From: Candidatus Sericytochromatia bacterium | GTDB taxonomy: Bacteria; Cyanobacteriota; Sericytochromatia; S15B-MN24; UBA4093 | NCBI GenBank assembly: GCA_036676985.1 | Contig: JAKFBU010000027.1 | Coordinates: 192,001-256,000, forward strand | Direction: 5' to 3' | Length of the DNA: 64,000 nucleotides | In this document: positions 30,902 through 40,045 of the stretch, one piece after another | How positions within the stretch are numbered: position 1 is the stretch's first letter | Layout of the letters: each line of letters starts with the position of its first letter | Position numbers and translations under genes: made by a program | Notes under the pieces: model-generated | Seen by the model: only the letters and a program-made list of their open reading frames with translations | The model's database searches: none | Told to the model about the DNA's origin: nothing

Positions 30902-33900
30902 TTGAATCGCTTGACGGTCGGCAAGATCTACTTCTACGCGGTCTCGCTCGTGGGGCTCGCCATCGCTGTGGCCGTGGGCCTGGATGCCAGCCAGTACGCG
31001 ACGCTGACGACCCCCCTCTTCCTGGGGCTCGCCCTCATCGCTGTCGCCACCGAACTCGTGGCTGTCCCGTTACCGCGCGGCGGGCGGGTCACGGCGAGCT
31101 TCGCCTTCCTCTTCGCCTCCTTGCTGACCCTCGGCCTCCTGCCGACCATCGCCATGGTCGTGGTCCTGTCGCTGGTCGCCAACCTCGCGGTCCAGCGCCG
31201 GCACTGGAGCCTCGCGACCTTCAACCTCGCCCAGTACACCCTTTCCTACGGTGCGGCCTACCTGGTGCTCATGCTGGGCGGTTTCGACCGGACGGCCACG
31301 GCCCTGGATCTGCACGATCTGCCGGTCCTCCTGGGCGCCACGCTTGTCCAGCTCGCCGTCAACATCGCGCTCGTCAACGGCTACATCGCCCTCGAGAAGC
31401 GCATCTCGCTCTGGCAGGTGCTCTGGGAGGACGACCGCTGGGAGTTCCTGTTCACCCTGGTCCTGAGCCCGCTCTCGGTCATGATGGTCGCCCTCTACAA
31501 GACCACCGGCTGGCAGGGCGCCGCCATGGTGCTCGTGCCCATCCTGGTCTCGGCGGTGCTGCTGGTGCTCCTGCTCAAGGTGCGCCAGTCGCGACAGGAT
31601 CTCGCGATCGCCCACCAGGAGCTCTCCATGCTCCAGCAGGTCGCCCAGCGCATCGGCTCCCAGATCGACCTGAGCCAGACGCTCACGCTCATCGCCGCCG
31701 AGCTCAAGCAGGTGATCCCGCACGACGAGTGCATGATCTTCCTCCTGGACGACTCCTCCAAGAAGCTGACGAGCCAGCGCACCCAGGAAGACGCGCCCCG
31801 AAAGACGCTCGAGCTCAAGGTCGGTGAGGGGCTCATCGGCCGGGTCGCCCAGGCCTCGGACTTCGTGCGCGTCGATCAGCTCTCGGGCGTGGTCACCGCC
31901 GAAGAGGAGCACCTGCAGGGCTTCCAGTCCGCCCTGTGCGTGCCCATCGTCGCCGAGGACAAGAACCTCGGGGTGATCGCCCTCTTCAATCGCGAGGCCC
32001 GCGCGTTCGACCAGGGTGCCGAGCGCATGCTCACGATCCTGGCCACGCATGCGGCGATCGCCATCAAGAACGCCCAGCTCTACCAGACCACCCAGCAGCT
32101 CGCCATAACCGACGGTCTGACGGGCGTCTACAACCGCCGCTACTTCCAGCGCATGATCGAAGCGGAGTTCCGCCGCGCGCCGCGCTTCGGCTACCCGGTG
32201 GGCCTCATCCTCATCGACGTCGACTACTTCAAGCAGTTCAACGACTCGCATGGGCACCTGCTCGGCGACCAGGTCCTGCGCTCCATCGCCCAGATCCTCA
32301 AGGACTCGGTCCGCGAGACGGACGTGGTGGCGCGCTACGGCGGCGAGGAGTTCGCCGTCATCCTGCCCGAGACCAACTCCCAGTACTCGCTGGAGGTGGC
32401 CGAGCGCATCCGGAAGAACGTGGCCCGCCACACCTTCTGGGGCCGGGGCCAGACGCCCGTGACCGTGACGGTCTCCATCGGCGTGGCCTCGCGCATGGCC
32501 GCCGACATCAAGAGCGACGAGCTGATCGACCTCGCCGACGCGGCGCTCTACGAGGCCAAGGGGACGGGCCGCGATCGCATCTGTACCGCCGGCGAGCACG
32601 GCACGGGCTTCATCCTCGCCGAGCCCCGCGCGGATGCCGACGCTCCCAAGCGCCGCGCTCCCGCCCGCAAGCTGACGCTCAACGCCGAGGCCTGGCGCAC
32701 CCACCTGGAGGAGAGCATCGCTCCCCTCATGACCCAGCTCGAGGAGCGTCTCGCCGACCAGGAGTTGTCCCTCGACGAGACCGAGCAGGGCCGCTGGCAC
32801 GCCACCCTGTCCGCCATCGTCGCGGCCCTCGCGCACCAGCTGGAAACGCCGTCGGAGTCGGGCCGCGTGACGAGCGATCAGCTCGTCACCCACCCCCTCT
32901 ACCCGGAGGTCAAGGCGGGGATCACCCACCTGATCCAGCGCGGCATCACGCTCACGCAGAGCGAGAGCCTGGCGCTCGCCATCTGCACGGGCCTCGGCCA
33001 GCACGTCCAGCATGCGCCCTTCTCCCCTCAAGAGCGCCTCCAGGTCCTCTCGGAGGTCGAGCGCTTCACGCACACGCTCCAGCTCGCCATCTCGCAGGTC
33101 TGGCACGACTTCTACCAGCAGACCAACAACCACCTGATGGTCCTGCACGACCTGGAACAGCGCATCACCAACGTCTTCGAGCTCGACGAGCTCCTGGGCG
33201 AGGCGGTGCGGCTGACCTTCGACGCCCTCTCGGCGGACGCGTGCCTGCTGTTCATGCCCGATGCCTCCGGCGACTACCTGCGGGTGCGCGCCTTCGCCGG
33301 CCTCCACCAGAACGAGGCCTACCAGTGGATCATCCCCATGGGGCAAGGGGTGGCGGGCGAGGTCTACGAGACCCTGCGTCCGACGGTCCTGGACGACTTC
33401 GAGGGCGACGACGGCCGCCTCTACCGGCCCGTCTTCGAGAAGTTCCGGGAGTGGACGGGCGTGCGATCGGGCGCGTTCTTCCCGCTCGCCCACCAGGGCG
33501 AGCCGGTGGGCGTTCTCGTCACCTACAGCCGTAACCTGGCGCACTTCGACCCGGCGGGCGTGCGGCTGGGACGGGGTATCGCGGGCCAGCTCGCCGCGGC
33601 CATCTCGCGCATGCAGGCCCAGGACAACCGCCAGGAGACCTTCTTGCAGGCCATCACGGCCCTCGTCGAGTCGATCGAGGCCAAGGACGACTTTGCCCGC
33701 GGCCACAGCGAGACCCTGGTGCGTTATGCCACGGGGATCGGCCGGGCGCTGGAGCTGTCCGAGCAGGACCTCGAGCTCCTGGGTCAAGCGGCCACGCTGC
33801 ACGACCTGGGCAAGATCGGCATTCCCGATCAGCTCCTGCTCAAGCCGGACCGCCTCACGCCCGAGGAGCGCCACACGGTCCAGGCGCACCCCGAGATCGG

Positions 33901-34195
33901 CGCCCAGCTCATCTCGACGCTGTCGTCCTTCAAGGACGTGGCCCCGATCGTGCGTCACCACCACGAGCACTGGAACGGCAGCGGCTATCCGGACGGCCTC
34001 AGGGGCGAGGACATTCCCTTGCTGGCGCGGATCCTGGCGATCGCCGAGGCCTTCGACGGCATGACCACGCCCAAGCCGTACCGTGGCGCCATCCCGGTGG
34101 GCGAGGCGCTCTCCGAGATGCGGCACAGCGGCAACTTCGACCCGCGCCTGCTGGACCTGTTCGAGCGTTTGCTTCCGGAGCTGCAACGGGCTTGA
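30902..34195 (+). CDS. Membrane c-di-GMP signalling protein: multi-TM sensor, GAF, GGDEF, helical domain, GAF, HD-GYP
   Basis: About 7 TM helices; TDGLTG, RETD I-site, GGEEF; HDLGK, HHEHWNGSGYPDGL; TTG30902 start inferred. Confidence 0.9.
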   Translation: MNRLTVGKIYFYAVSLVGLAIAVAVGLDASQYATLTTPLFLGLALIAVATELVAVPLPRGGRVTASFAFLFASLLTLGLLPTIAMVVVLSLVANLAVQRRHWSLATFNLAQYTLSYGAAYLVLMLGGFDRTATALDLHDLPVLLGATLVQLAVNIALVNGYIALEKRISLWQVLWEDDRWEFLFTLVLSPLSVMMVALYKTTGWQGAAMVLVPILVSAVLLVLLLKVRQSRQDLAIAHQELSMLQQVAQRIGSQIDLSQTLTLIAAELKQVIPHDECMIFLLDDSSKKLTSQRTQEDAPRKTLELKVGEGLIGRVAQASDFVRVDQLSGVVTAEEEHLQGFQSALCVPIVAEDKNLGVIALFNREARAFDQGAERMLTILATHAAIAIKNAQLYQTTQQLAITDGLTGVYNRRYFQRMIEAEFRRAPRFGYPVGLILIDVDYFKQFNDSHGHLLGDQVLRSIAQILKDSVRETDVVARYGGEEFAVILPETNSQYSLEVAERIRKNVARHTFWGRGQTPVTVTVSIGVASRMAADIKSDELIDLADAALYEAKGTGRDRICTAGEHGTGFILAEPRADADAPKRRAPARKLTLNAEAWRTHLEESIAPLMTQLEERLADQELSLDETEQGRWHATLSAIVAALAHQLETPSESGRVTSDQLVTHPLYPEVKAGITHLIQRGITLTQSESLALAICTGLGQHVQHAPFSPQERLQVLSEVERFTHTLQLAISQVWHDFYQQTNNHLMVLHDLEQRITNVFELDELLGEAVRLTFDALSADACLLFMPDASGDYLRVRAFAGLHQNEAYQWIIPMGQGVAGEVYETLRPTVLDDFEGDDGRLYRPVFEKFREWTGVRSGAFFPLAHQGEPVGVLVTYSRNLAHFDPAGVRLGRGIAGQLAAAISRMQAQDNRQETFLQAITALVESIEAKDDFARGHSETLVRYATGIGRALELSEQDLELLGQAATLHDLGKIGIPDQLLLKPDRLTPEERHTVQAHPEIGAQLISTLSSFKDVAPIVRHHHEHWNGSGYPDGLRGEDIPLLARILAIAEAFDGMTTPKPYRGAIPVGEALSEMRHSGNFDPRLLDLFERLLPELQRA

Positions 34196-34295
34196 CGCAC
34201 CAGCCGGCTGGCCACTCGTGGGCGAAGCGACACCCCGTCTTGGTTGAATCCACGCAGTTGGTGTATGATTTCTCCCGGTCAAAGGGGGAATCGAC

Positions 34296-34844
34296 GTGCG
34301 TCTCCTGCTTCTATCCAGCCTGCTGATGGCGGCGCTCCTGGCGCCGACGCCCGCCCATGCGGCCTACGGCGGCGACCGGGCGTCGTTCGAGCGGTTCCTG
34401 TACCGGATTCCGAAGTCGAAGTGGAAGATCGTGCCCGACTCCGCGGACGCGGGCGTGCTGTACGCCGGCCGCGTCGGCTCGTTCGCGACCATCGTCCGCG
34501 TCTACTACGAGAACGGGCGGATCGTGCGCCAGAAGGTCGAGGTGGCCCTGCCCACCGAGTCCAACGACGAGTTCGCGCTCGCCATCCTGACGCGCTTCAC
34601 CAGCGAGTTCGTCCGCCATCCGAACGAGCTCAAGCCCGTCATGAACACCATGCGCGCCATGCGGCGCTCGCTCATGGGCTCGGGACGGCGCGTCACGACG
34701 CTGCCGTATCGCGACGCGAACGTGACCCTGAGCCTGGACTCGTCCACCAACGAGTTCAACTCCAAGACCATCGAAGTGCCCTGGGGCATGCTGTACTGGA
34801 AGGCCGAGACGGCACCCAGCCGACCGGCCAAGAAGAAGAGGTGA
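34296..34844 (+). CDS. Secreted hypothetical protein
   Basis: Signal peptide ending AHA; SD; TATGAT -10 upstream. Confidence 0.75.
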   Translation: MRLLLLSSLLMAALLAPTPAHAAYGGDRASFERFLYRIPKSKWKIVPDSADAGVLYAGRVGSFATIVRVYYENGRIVRQKVEVALPTESNDEFALAILTRFTSEFVRHPNELKPVMNTMRAMRRSLMGSGRRVTTLPYRDANVTLSLDSSTNEFNSKTIEVPWGMLYWKAETAPSRPAKKKR

Positions 34845-34848
34845 AGGG

Positions 34849-35121
34849 ATGCCGAAGGTCACACGAACCTACGAGACCGACCTGGACGATCTGGGCTACC
34901 AGATCTCGCGTTCGTACCAGTTCACCGAGATCCGCGAGGAGTTCACCAGCGGAGAGGTCTCGGATGACGAGGCCCAGGAGCAGATCTCGGACCTCATCGA
35001 CGTCGGGCGGTGCGTCGTGGACGGCGATCGCGGCAGCGAGCAGCTGCAGTGGGCCCTCTCGGAGGCGGAGATGGCTCGACTGATCTCTCAGCTCTACCGC
35101 CAGTACCTGGGCGCCGACTAG
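34849..35121 (+). CDS. Acidic hypothetical protein (90 aa)
   Basis: GAGGTG SD; 4 bp after the previous stop; host-like codon usage. Confidence 0.7.
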   Translation: MPKVTRTYETDLDDLGYQISRSYQFTEIREEFTSGEVSDDEAQEQISDLIDVGRCVVDGDRGSEQLQWALSEAEMARLISQLYRQYLGAD

Positions 35122-35411
35122 GGTCGGGGCATCAGGCTCCCGACCGTCAGGCCCCGCCTCGAAACCGGCGCGGGATCCGGCGCCTTCTGATCACTCGCCG
35201 CCGGTCCAGGCGCCGAATGGCTCTGCGCCGCGGGCGCCTCGCCCTGCAAGAGCGCCTTGATGCGCGCCCACTGAGACACCTCGGCCTCCACCAACCGCTT
35301 GAGCTCGCTGCGCTGCGGCTCGGACAGGCTGTCGGCATGAGCGCCCAGGCCGGTCAGGAACTTGTCCAGATAACCGAGATCACGGGCAAAGGGCAGGTCT
35401 TGTTCGGCCAT
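35118..35411 (-). CDS. Hypothetical protein (97 aa)
   Basis: AAGGAGG SD before ATG35411. Confidence 0.7.
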   Translation of the reverse strand: MAEQDLPFARDLGYLDKFLTGLGAHADSLSEPQRSELKRLVEAEVSQWARIKALLQGEAPAAQSHSAPGPAASDQKAPDPAPVSRRGLTVGSLMPRP

Positions 35412-35551
35412 CGGTCCCTCCTTCTTGCGCTCCACTTTACCATGCGGGCGACCCCACGCTCCCCCTTTGGTCAGGCTGCACGATGCCCCCTGGTCACCAT
35501 GCCGCTACACTCCTCACGCTGCTCAGGGAATGGGTAGGAAGGGAGGGTCGA

Positions 35552-35854
35552 ATGGCCGCGAAGTGCACCGCCCTGGCGTTGGCCATGGCGATGGGGCTGC
35601 TGGTCGGCTGCCAGCGCCACGCCGAGACGGGTGGAGGCGGCGGCAGCCCCGAGGAGGGACAGCGCACGCAGGGCGTCGCGACGCCGAGCGTTGGCAGGAC
35701 AACGCCCCCTTACTCCGGGAAGCCGCGAACCACGCCCGCCCCCGGTCACCCGGCGCCGACCGTGCCGCCCAACCCGAAGGCCAAGATTCCGGGCGTCCAA
35801 GAGAAACGTCCCGCCACGCCGCTCGCGCCGACGGCGTCCGCGCGCGGGGAGTAG
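35552..35854 (+). CDS. Small Pro/Thr/Gly-rich lipoprotein
   Basis: GGAGG SD; lipobox LVGC; low-complexity tail. Confidence 0.65.
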   Translation: MAAKCTALALAMAMGLLVGCQRHAETGGGGGSPEEGQRTQGVATPSVGRTTPPYSGKPRTTPAPGHPAPTVPPNPKAKIPGVQEKRPATPLAPTASARGE

Positions 35855-35933
35855 CCATCTCCCGGCCGGCGCTTGGGAACGCCCGGATCCGCGCCGTATA
35901 CTGCCCACAGGTTCAGCGCAACGAGGAGGTGCC

Positions 35934-36194
35934 ATGAATCGGCAATCAGAGCGTGACCAGTACGGGATTGAACGGAAGGACGCGGAAGTTCGCCTCACGA
36001 CCTTCCTGCACGACACCCTTCGCGAGCCGCAAGCGAAGGTCGCGGACCTGCACCTCGAGGACGGCCGCTGGCAAGGGCGCGTGCAGGGCAGCCAGCGCGG
36101 GATCTCGGTGGTGTTCCTGGTCGAGCACAACGCGGAGGTCGTGCCCGGTCACATGACCGTCGACGCGGCGCCCGACACCCTCAAGAAGCGCTAG
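35934..36194 (+). CDS. Hypothetical protein (86 aa)
   Basis: GAGGAGGT SD before ATG35934. Confidence 0.7.
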   Translation: MNRQSERDQYGIERKDAEVRLTTFLHDTLREPQAKVADLHLEDGRWQGRVQGSQRGISVVFLVEHNAEVVPGHMTVDAAPDTLKKR

Positions 36195-36227
36195 CCCGCG
36201 CTCGGAAGAAGGCAAGGAGGACGGGAC

Positions 36228-36620
36228 ATGGCCAAGTCTAAGCTCGCGCCGACCGTCTCCTTGACCTTCCTCCAGGATCTCGTGCGTCACTACCTCGACC
36301 TCTCGGACCGGATCGACGCCCTCCGGGCCGAGCAGGACAAGCTGGACGCCCAGCTGCGGGTCGCGCTCGAAGTCAGCCCGGACAAGGCCGTCCAAACGGC
36401 CGCCGGCAGCGCCCGGCTCGTCGGGTCCGACCTCGTCACCTACGACCTGGAGACCCTCCAGGAGCACCTTTCCCCGGAGGTCTTCGACCTGGTGACGCAC
36501 CGGCAGGTCGATAAGGACCTGGTCGAGGCCGCGGGCGCCCTCAAGACCATCCCCCCCGAGGTGCTCGATCGCGCGCGGCGCATCACCAAGCGAAAACCCC
36601 AGCTCCGGGTGCGGCGGTAG
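36228..36620 (+). CDS. Hypothetical protein (130 aa) with N-terminal coiled coil
   Basis: AAGGAGG SD; host-like codon usage. Confidence 0.75.
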   Translation: MAKSKLAPTVSLTFLQDLVRHYLDLSDRIDALRAEQDKLDAQLRVALEVSPDKAVQTAAGSARLVGSDLVTYDLETLQEHLSPEVFDLVTHRQVDKDLVEAAGALKTIPPEVLDRARRITKRKPQLRVRR

Positions 36621-36707
36621 CTCGCGCCGCCTCCTGCTGCTGCAATCCCTCCGGCGACCAGGGCGTCGGAGGTATGATGGCATGTCCCCCCTTCAAGCGA
36701 GCCGCCC

Positions 36708-37829
36708 ATGCCAGACCTGAACACTTCCCTGCAAGCCCTCCTCGATGACATGACCACCTCCGGGGCCGAGATCGGCCTCCAGGTCGCCGCCTATTACCGC
36801 GGCGAGCTCGTGGCCGACGTCTGGTCCGGCCTCGCGGACCCGACCAGCGGACGGCCCGTCGACGGCCAGACCCTCTTCACGGCCTTTTCCGCGACCAAGG
36901 GCGTGACGGCGACGGTGATCCATCTGCTCGCGGACAAGGGCCTGCTCGACTACGACGCGCCGATCGCCCGCTACTGGCGCCAGTTCGGCGCCCGCGGCAA
37001 GGAGGCCATCACCGTGGCCCAGGTGCTCGCGCATACCGCGGGCGTGCCGCAGATGCCCCGGGGCGTCACGGTCGAGACGATGATCGACTGGGAGGCCATG
37101 GTCGCGGCCATCGCGGACCTCGAGCCGCTCTGGGAGCCCGGCACGCAGACGGGCTACCACGGCCTGACCTTCGGCTGGATCCTGGGCGAGGTGGCCCGGC
37201 GCGTCACCGGAGAGGCGTTTCCGCGGCTCGTGGACCAGCTGATCGCATCACCCCTGGGCCTCGAAGACCTGTATCTCGGCGTCCCGGAAGGAGAGCTCGA
37301 CCGGGTCGCCACCCTCGCGAGCGGGCCCATCTCCCGCAAGCCCATCTCGCCGGACGCCTTGCTGCTCAAGGCGATGCCCATCAGCGTCAGCCCGCAACCC
37401 AAGGTCTACAACCGCGCGGACGTCCGCCAGGCGGTGCTGCCCGGAGGCGGCGGCGTCATGACGGCGCGCGCCCTGGCCAAGCTGTATGCCGCGCTCGTGG
37501 GCGAGGTCGACGGACGGCGCCTCATGCGGGAAGAGCGCCTCGCCATGGCCACGACCTTGCAGACGGATCGGCACGACCTGGTCCTGGACGAGCACCAGCG
37601 CAAGGCGCTCGGCTACATGCTCGGGTCGGAGACCTCTCCGCTGGGGCCCCTTCCATATGTCTTCGGCCACCCGGGGGCCGGCGGTTCGCTGGGCTTCGGG
37701 GATCCCCGCCACGGCTTCGCCTTCGCGCTCACCAAGAATCGCTTGGTCTGGGACCGGCCGGTGCACGAGACGGCCGCCTTCCGCGTGGGACAGCACCTGC
37801 GGAAAGCGCTGGGTCTGCCGATCTCCTGA
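36708..37829 (+). CDS. Serine hydrolase, beta-lactamase class C / EstA family
   Basis: FSATK (SxxK), LAHTAG, PG...GYH, FGHPGAGGS. Confidence 0.92.
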   Translation: MPDLNTSLQALLDDMTTSGAEIGLQVAAYYRGELVADVWSGLADPTSGRPVDGQTLFTAFSATKGVTATVIHLLADKGLLDYDAPIARYWRQFGARGKEAITVAQVLAHTAGVPQMPRGVTVETMIDWEAMVAAIADLEPLWEPGTQTGYHGLTFGWILGEVARRVTGEAFPRLVDQLIASPLGLEDLYLGVPEGELDRVATLASGPISRKPISPDALLLKAMPISVSPQPKVYNRADVRQAVLPGGGGVMTARALAKLYAALVGEVDGRRLMREERLAMATTLQTDRHDLVLDEHQRKALGYMLGSETSPLGPLPYVFGHPGAGGSLGFGDPRHGFAFALTKNRLVWDRPVHETAAFRVGQHLRKALGLPIS

Positions 37830-37834
37830 CGGAA

Positions 37835-37889
37835 TGGGCGGATCCCCGTCGATCCGCCCAAACGCCGTTCAGCGAGTCGCTGAACGGCG
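37835..37889. terminator. Tandem hairpins between convergent genes
   Basis: TGGGCGGATC/GATCCGCCCA and CGCCGTTCAGCG/CGCTGAACGGCG. Confidence 0.65.
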
Positions 37890-37895
37890 CATTCG

Positions 37896-38141
37896 CTAGG
37901 GACTGGTGCCGGAACCGGTCGATCCGCCCGGATTGCCGGTCGTCCCTGACGAACCGCCATGATGGCCGGACGTTCCACCGCCGCCGCCGGTGGTGCCCAT
38001 GTCCCCGGCACCGCCACCCCCCGTCGTGGGAGACGGCGACATGGTCCTTGTCTCCGTGCCGCCACCGCCGCCCTCGTTGCCTTGGCACCCCGCCAGCACG
38101 AGCGATACGGCCAACAGTCCACCTGCCAACTGCTTGATCAC
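37896..38141 (-). CDS. Small Gly/Thr-rich lipoprotein
   Basis: AAGGAGG SD before GTG38141; lipobox LAGC. Confidence 0.7.
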   Translation of the reverse strand: MIKQLAGGLLAVSLVLAGCQGNEGGGGGTETRTMSPSPTTGGGGAGDMGTTGGGGGTSGHHGGSSGTTGNPGGSTGSGTSP

Positions 38142-38435
38142 GTGCACCTCCTTTTCGAGCCGTGGGCCGTCTCAACCCTCGGCGCCGTCCCAGGATAGCC
38201 CGCGATCGCCGCGGTCCCAAGCCTCAATCACGCCTTGCCAAGGGCGGGCCCGGCGGCTCATGGCCTCGACGCCCCGTCCCTCCAAGGTGACGAACTTTTT
38301 CTCCTCGGCCACCGCCGGAGCGCCGCCCGCGTCGGAACCGGTGACCATGGCTGAAAAGTCTTGTCGGGGAACGCCAGGCCAAGCTAGCAAACAGACCTTA
38401 GCTTAGAGGGGACGTCCCTTCTGGAGGACCGATCC

Positions 38436-38939
38436 ATGGCCGACTCCGCCCCTTCCGATGGCCTCAACCTGGATTCCGACCTGGAGCTACAGGAGCGGGT
38501 CTGGCGCATGGAACGCGTCGGCTGGGTCGTCACCGCCGTCCTGCTAGGTGCGGCCATGCTGGGGGCCTTCGGCGGCACCGGCCTGCTGAGCCGTGGCCAC
38601 CAGACCGAAGGAGACGACCTCAGCGTCGATTTCCCACGGCTCGCCCGGCACTCCACCGAGACGTCCTTCTCGTTCGTCCTGCGCCCGACAGGACCGGAAG
38701 CGGAACTGTGGATCGACAACTCCTTCTTCCAGCACGCCGCGCTCGAACGGGTCGTGCCGGAGCCCGAGGCCATGGTCCGAGACACCGAGCGCACCTACTT
38801 CCGGTTCCCGGCGATCGCCCCCCATGCCCCCTTCCCGATCGACGTTTCGGCCATGCCCATGGGCTACGGTCCGCTCGTTTTCAACGCCGGGAGCACGAAC
38901 GGGCCGTCCACGCGGCTCGTGCTCTTCGTCTTCCCCTAG
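38436..38939 (+). CDS. Hypothetical membrane protein paired with DUF421
   Basis: QERVWRMERVGW followed by one TM helix; GGAGG SD. Confidence 0.75.
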   Translation: MADSAPSDGLNLDSDLELQERVWRMERVGWVVTAVLLGAAMLGAFGGTGLLSRGHQTEGDDLSVDFPRLARHSTETSFSFVLRPTGPEAELWIDNSFFQHAALERVVPEPEAMVRDTERTYFRFPAIAPHAPFPIDVSAMPMGYGPLVFNAGSTNGPSTRLVLFVFP

Positions 38940-38951
38940 GAGGCCCGAGCC

Positions 38952-39398
38952 ATGGAATCGGTGATCCGCGCCCTCTTGGTCTATGGCTTCGTGCTGTTGG
39001 TCCTGCGGCTCACGGGACGGCGATCGCTGGGGTCCATGACGGCCTTCGACTTCGTCATGTTGCTCATCATTAGCGAGACGACCCAGTCCGCCATGACGGA
39101 CATGGACAACTCCCTGACCAACTCCTTCCTGCTCATCCTCACCTTCGTCGCCACCAACATCTTCTTATCCCTGGTCAAGGAGCGCTTTCCGAGGCTCGAC
39201 AAGATCATCGACGGCGAGCCCGTCCTGCTCGTCGAGCACGGTCGCCCCATCGAGCACCGGCTCCGCAAGGCCCGGGTCGGCCTCGACGACGTCATGCGCT
39301 CCGCCCGCGAGACCCAGGGGCTCGAGCGGCTCGACCAGGTGAAGTACGCCGTGCTCGAGAGCTCCGGTCACATCTCGATCATCCCCCAGACGCCCTGA
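38952..39398 (+). CDS. DUF421 (YetF-like) membrane protein
   Basis: GRRSLGSMTAFDFV, DGEPVLLV..G, VKYAVLESSGHISII. Confidence 0.9.
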   Translation: MESVIRALLVYGFVLLVLRLTGRRSLGSMTAFDFVMLLIISETTQSAMTDMDNSLTNSFLLILTFVATNIFLSLVKERFPRLDKIIDGEPVLLVEHGRPIEHRLRKARVGLDDVMRSARETQGLERLDQVKYAVLESSGHISIIPQTP

Positions 39399-39455
39399 AG
39401 GCCCCTCCCGAACGGGAGGGACCTTCATACAGGCGGCCTTGCGGCAGAATTGAGG

Positions 39456-40019
39456 TTAGAGGGGTCGCCGCATGATCTCCTTGCGGAGGTCACGCATCAG
39501 GCCCTTGACCATGTCCAGGCCGATGGATTTACCCCAGACCGGTAGGTAGATCTTGGGCTTGGCATTCGCCTCGTACTCGACGCGCGTGCCGGCTGCCGTC
39601 TTCTCTACCTGCCAAGAGCCCTTGAAGTGGTCGAAGTCATGCTGGGCCACGTCGACGAAGTTGATCCGGTTGTACGGGTCCTCCTGCACCTGCAAGAGGA
39701 CGCGCATCTTCTTGGGGATCGCGAGGAAATAGGAGGTCGATTCCTGGCAAACCAGGATCGAGTCCGTTCCCTCCTTCTTGACGACGCTGGTGCGAACCGA
39801 GGGGATGAAGTCGCCCATCTGTCCGTAATCGGTCAAGACCCTCCAGACGTTGGGGGTTTCGGCCGGGACGGTGAAGCTTCCCCGAAGGGTGTAGACACCC
39901 CTCCCCTCTTCCACGACGTTGACCGTCACGTTGTCGTCCTGTGCGGCCGCGGGTGCGGCCGTCAGGATCGTCGCTACGAGAAGGCCGGACGCATAGGTAA
40001 GGGCTCGGTTCGTCAGCAT
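39456..40019 (-). CDS. Secreted SRPBCC/START (polyketide cyclase-like) protein
   Basis: Signal peptide; VWRVLTDY..M..FIPSV, DFDHFKGSWQV, TRVEY. Confidence 0.8.
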   Translation of the reverse strand: MLTNRALTYASGLLVATILTAAPAAAQDDNVTVNVVEEGRGVYTLRGSFTVPAETPNVWRVLTDYGQMGDFIPSVRTSVVKKEGTDSILVCQESTSYFLAIPKKMRVLLQVQEDPYNRINFVDVAQHDFDHFKGSWQVEKTAAGTRVEYEANAKPKIYLPVWGKSIGLDMVKGLMRDLRKEIMRRPL

Positions 40020-40045
40020 CGCTCTACCTGCTTCCTTGGGTTCTC

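Noticed and set aside
31070-34282. Very long antisense or alternate-frame ORFs (e.g. 31070-34282, 17937-20309, 10080-12392, 2300-4168, 25336-27069)
   Set aside because: Shadows of well-supported genes caused by high GC and codon bias; no motifs or SD.
36708-37829. True beta-lactamase resistance gene
   Set aside because: No signal peptide; motifs fit cytoplasmic EstA-like esterases.
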